Part shown: one piece after another, positions 60,372 to 64,000 of the stretch | Layout of the letters: each line of letters opens with the position of its first letter | Position numbering within the stretch: position 1 is the stretch's first letter | From: Anaeramoeba ignava BMAN | Taxonomy: Eukaryota > Protista > Anaeramoebae | Assembly: GCA_028826165.1 (NCBI GenBank) | Contig: JAPDFW010000069.1 | Span: forward strand, 186,001-250,000 | Length of the DNA: 64,000 nt | Direction: 5' to 3' | Position numbers and translations under genes: made by a program | The notes under the pieces: generated by a model | The model's database searches: none | What the model was told of the DNA's origin: nothing | The model's input: the letters and a program-made list of their open reading frames with translations, nothing else

Positions 60372-63300
60372 TCAAAAAATATCTGATTTAAATTTTTCAA
60401 ATCTTTCCAAAAATACATCATCTTTTAAAAATAAATCTTCATCAAAACCTTGATAAATTTGCTTCTCAAGAATTTTTTGCTTCATTTCTTTTATACTTTT
60501 GAGTTTTAAATCTTCAATAGAAATTTGTTTGTTAATAAAATCAAGTCCATCAATAGAAACATTATGAGAAATATGAGGAAAAACAGAAGAAAAAACTTTT
60601 TCCGATTCTTGAACAACAATTGAGGATGTGGAATGTGATGTTATTTTGAGAATATCCAATAACTCTTCATATCCAATTTGGTTCCAATCCATTCTAAATG
60701 AAGTTAATACACTTGGAATCATTTTCAAAATGATTATTTTCAATTGATGATTTTGATTTGAACTAAATAGTAAGAATATTTTCAAAATTGAAATGAAAAA
60801 ATATCCATTTGTTTGAGAGCTTTCTGCAAATATTTTGAAAAATTCTGTTATAAATTCATTTTCTTGATTATTTTCTTCAATTTTTAAGTTTGATTTGAAA
60901 AGATTGTAGAATTTAACAGAAAATGATTTATGAAAACTTTTGCATTTTTGAGAAAATTGATGAATTTTTTCTTTTGCTTCTTCTTGTTGACCTGCTAAAA
61001 ACACAATCCCACATATTAATATATAAGACAATAAGAGATGATTATTTTGTGTTGAAAGAACTTTCTCCATTGAGATTGCAAACATTTCCAAAATTTCCAT
61101 TGAAGAATCAACAAATGATTCAATTGTGAATCCTCTTATTATTGCTCTAATAATTGGGGTATCCACTGAAGATCTCTGACTAGATTTTGTTTTATCAAGC
61201 CAAATTGGCATTGTGTTTATAAATATTTGATTTGGATCGAAATTTCTTTGCGGTTTCAAAAGTGCCAATAAAGACATAATTTCCAATCCTTTTTCGAATA
61301 TTTTGGATGAATATGAGAAAAGTAATAAAGATCCAAATTTCGCAATTTGTGTGAAAGATTCAGCCGATAATTCCTTGTGATGATTCTTGATAATCTCTGT
61401 AAAAATTGCTGTTATATTCCCAAATAACTCCCATTTTTGTTGTTCGAATGTTGACAATCCAAAAATAATCAATCTTTGAATCAGTAATTCTGGATAATTT
61501 TTTGTTAATAAATAAAATCCATTCAAACAATTATTAGCAAGTTTTTCATCCTCTGTTCTAATTGCCCAAGAAAACATGATATCTTTCCATTTTTCTCCGA
61601 AATTTGGTTGTAATTCCTGGAAAAAATCAACGAGCATACTCAATATTTTTGCATTTTTCTCATTTCTTTCCAATAATTTTGATTTTTGCATTGATTTGAT
61701 CAACTCAAGTAATTCTTCTGAATTTTTCTTTATTTCTTGCTTTTGTGAATATTGGATCACAAGCGAATTAATCAGATAGTAAATGATATTATTTCCAATC
61801 TCGTTATTTGGATTCTTAACAAATGAGTGTTGAAGAAACACAGGAATTTCTTCAACACAAAAAATTCCATTTTCAAAAATAAGATCGTCAAGTAATAAAA
61901 TGATTGTTTCTTGATACGGAGATGATTCTGTAATTTTTTCTTTTGTTTCTTTATAGAATTTGTTGATGTTTGATGAACAAACTTTGAAATTCATTAAATA
62001 CTTTGCAAAAAATTTAAACGCATATTTTGGATCTTTTCGACAAATATTCACATTGATAACTTTCAATAAAGAAATTGAATATTTAGTTGTTGTTTTCTGA
62101 TCCTTATCTGGAGTGAATTTTTGCAAGAGATGTTCCAAAACAAAATCTAGTATTTTTGCTTTTGAATTTGAAACAGTGTCACTATCTTTTGTAGAATTAT
62201 GAGATGATTTTTTTCCAAATAAACTTTTCCATAAAGAAGATAAAGAGGGAATGAGATAATTATCATTAAAAAACTCATTGCTCAATTCAATCATTGAATC
62301 AAGTATATTTTTTGCCGATTCAATTTCTTTTGAAACAAAATGAGGGAAATTTCTTGTGAAATATCGAAGAAGTTGAACAATTCTAAATCTTGTTTGTTGC
62401 TGAAGAAATTTGACTTTCTTTGAAATTTCCATGATAATTTGAGATGAATATTGAGGGAATTTTGGAGCGATTGAATCAAAGTATTTTTTTGCAAGATTAA
62501 AATAAACATGTTGATTTGGATGAGTGATTGATGCAAGAACATTGAGACCTTCTTTTCCTGGATGAATTGGATTGTTTTTCAATTTGGATAATCCAATTAC
62601 AAGATCGTGAGCAAATGATCGGATATTATTTTCTTCAGAATTGATATGAATTAGAATCAAAGCAAGTATTTTATGAATAGGAATCCCAATTTTTTCATCC
62701 GAAATCCATTTGTCGGGATTTTCTTTAATATTTTGAACCAAAGCTTGAAAAAAATGGGTTAATTTTAATCTGGATGTTTCTTTTTCATTCATTATCAAAT
62801 CAAAGGATTGATCCAAATAAAAATTACAGTGTTGAATGTTATTTTTCAGAAAGGAAAATAAGAAATATTGAATTTGTTGATCATCCAAATTGAGTTCTGT
62901 TGCCAAACCGATTGCTTTGTTTAGAATTTCAAGTCCAATTTTTAATTCTTGATTTTCATTTTTGTAAAGATTTAGAAGAATTGCCAAAGAATTGAAAGAA
63001 TTTTGCAAAATTTTCTTCTTTTCTTCTTTATTCTGTATTTTTTTCAAAATGGATTCATCAAATAATTGGATTAAGAACATGATTATTGAATAAATTTGAT
63101 TTTGATTTTGATTTTGATTTTCATTTTTTTGGATTTTATCAAAATAAACTGAAGTGATCGAGACAAATATATCAAGATTATTTTTATTAGAAATATCCAA
63201 TTTTTCAACACCATTTTGTGTCCATTTCGAAAAAACACTATCCATAATTTCATTAAGTTCTTTTGATTCATTAACAAAAGAAACAGGAACTTTTTTAATA

Positions 63301-64000
63301 AATTCCAAAATCATTGGTAATAATGAATCTTGAATAGACTTGAGAATTGATGAGAATTTCTGCTGATTTCCTGATTCAACAAGTTTTTTTTCATAATCAG
63401 AAATGACTGAGAGGAAGATGAGAAAAGAATTTGGTTGCATATCAATGATGTGATTAATTGCTTCATTTCTTATACTTTCTTTATCAGAAAGAAGAAATCT
63501 AAGCGCAATAACAAAAAAATTGGAAAGTAAATTCAAATTGATTTCAGAATCAAATGTTTGGAACTCGACAAATTCTTTATCAATTTCGAACTTTGTATTT
63601 CGTGTGATTTGTGGCGAGGTATTTAATTCTTCCTTTGGAATATTTGTTGATTCGTATTCTGAAGATTTGGATAAATTTCTCCCACTTTCAGAATCTGTTT
63701 TTGTTAAGAGCATCAAAGTGTCTCTGCGATTTGGTTTTATTTGATGTTTTTCTGTAATTTTTTCAAAAGGAAATACTTGAATCAATTTTTTGATACTGTG
63801 AGTTGAAACATCCACAATTGAGCACAAAAAATGGAATTGATTCCAAATCAATTTGGATAAACCTGATTGTAATGAATCAGGATATGAAAGGAAAGTGTGA
63901 GTGTTTATTGAGTTAATGAAGTATTGACACAAAGAATTCCAAGCGTAATTAAAAGAATATGAATATTCTGAATAATTTGAATGAATAAATTGAAAAAGTT
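60372..64000 (-). CDS. Large ARM/HEAT-like protein, possibly Furry/Tao3/Mor2 family; 5' end outside window
   Basis: Frame open to the window edge; helical repeats; FGEKWKDIMFSWA...LANNCLNGFYLL loosely resembles the Furry WxxxALxWA segment. Confidence 0.45.
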   Translation of the reverse strand, partial: LFQFIHSNYSEYSYSFNYAWNSLCQYFINSINTHTFLSYPDSLQSGLSKLIWNQFHFLCSIVDVSTHSIKKLIQVFPFEKITEKHQIKPNRRDTLMLLTKTDSESGRNLSKSSEYESTNIPKEELNTSPQITRNTKFEIDKEFVEFQTFDSEINLNLLSNFFVIALRFLLSDKESIRNEAINHIIDMQPNSFLIFLSVISDYEKKLVESGNQQKFSSILKSIQDSLLPMILEFIKKVPVSFVNESKELNEIMDSVFSKWTQNGVEKLDISNKNNLDIFVSITSVYFDKIQKNENQNQNQNQIYSIIMFLIQLFDESILKKIQNKEEKKKILQNSFNSLAILLNLYKNENQELKIGLEILNKAIGLATELNLDDQQIQYFLFSFLKNNIQHCNFYLDQSFDLIMNEKETSRLKLTHFFQALVQNIKENPDKWISDEKIGIPIHKILALILIHINSEENNIRSFAHDLVIGLSKLKNNPIHPGKEGLNVLASITHPNQHVYFNLAKKYFDSIAPKFPQYSSQIIMEISKKVKFLQQQTRFRIVQLLRYFTRNFPHFVSKEIESAKNILDSMIELSNEFFNDNYLIPSLSSLWKSLFGKKSSHNSTKDSDTVSNSKAKILDFVLEHLLQKFTPDKDQKTTTKYSISLLKVINVNICRKDPKYAFKFFAKYLMNFKVCSSNINKFYKETKEKITESSPYQETIILLLDDLIFENGIFCVEEIPVFLQHSFVKNPNNEIGNNIIYYLINSLVIQYSQKQEIKKNSEELLELIKSMQKSKLLERNEKNAKILSMLVDFFQELQPNFGEKWKDIMFSWAIRTEDEKLANNCLNGFYLLTKNYPELLIQRLIIFGLSTFEQQKWELFGNITAIFTEIIKNHHKELSAESFTQIAKFGSLLLFSYSSKIFEKGLEIMSLLALLKPQRNFDPNQIFINTMPIWLDKTKSSQRSSVDTPIIRAIIRGFTIESFVDSSMEILEMFAISMEKVLSTQNNHLLLSYILICGIVFLAGQQEEAKEKIHQFSQKCKSFHKSFSVKFYNLFKSNLKIEENNQENEFITEFFKIFAESSQTNGYFFISILKIFLLFSSNQNHQLKIIILKMIPSVLTSFRMDWNQIGYEELLDILKITSHSTSSIVVQESEKVFSSVFPHISHNVSIDGLDFINKQISIEDLKLKSIKEMKQKILEKQIYQGFDEDLFLKDDVFLERFEKFKSDIF

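Noticed and set aside
1-64000. Non-standard genetic code, tRNA/rRNA genes or transposons
   Set aside because: Long frames lack internal stops and end in TAA/TAG/TGA; no recognisable RNA gene, transposase, reverse transcriptase or terminal repeats.

Overview
Very AT-rich, gene-dense eukaryotic (protist) nuclear DNA using the standard code, with GT-AG introns and (AATCAA)n tracts encoding Asn-Gln. This style, the ankyrin-BTB arrays and a TCATTTT initiator-like motif suggest an anaerobic metamonad such as Anaeramoeba (inference, not verified). I find 19 protein genes: RNF213/mysterin-like AAA+ protein (partial), a small PPxRxxNP-motif protein, IQ-DH-PH RhoGEF, PB1-UBA-UBA p62/NBR1-like protein, Rrp6/EXOSC10 with a degenerate active site, calmodulin-like protein, HEATR5, TBC1D20, Yos1/IER3IP1 (absent from the ORF track), a tandem AAA ATPase resembling the Afp15 family, an FHA protein, an SLC45/SUT transporter, a presequence-bearing peroxiredoxin, a tail-anchored coiled-coil protein, three tandem ankyrin-BTB genes, SNIP1 and a partial Furry-like protein. 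Two large minisatellites sit between divergent genes. Many single-base frameshifts and garbled local duplications indicate an imperfect long-read assembly. Best leads: a possible ubiquitin-based cell-autonomous defence toolkit (RNF213, p62-like receptor, diversifying Ank-BTB array), an intron that splits an ATG start codon, a pseudo-nuclease Rrp6, and base-skew gradients that reset at repeat blocks. All homology calls are by eye from remembered motifs; no searches were run.
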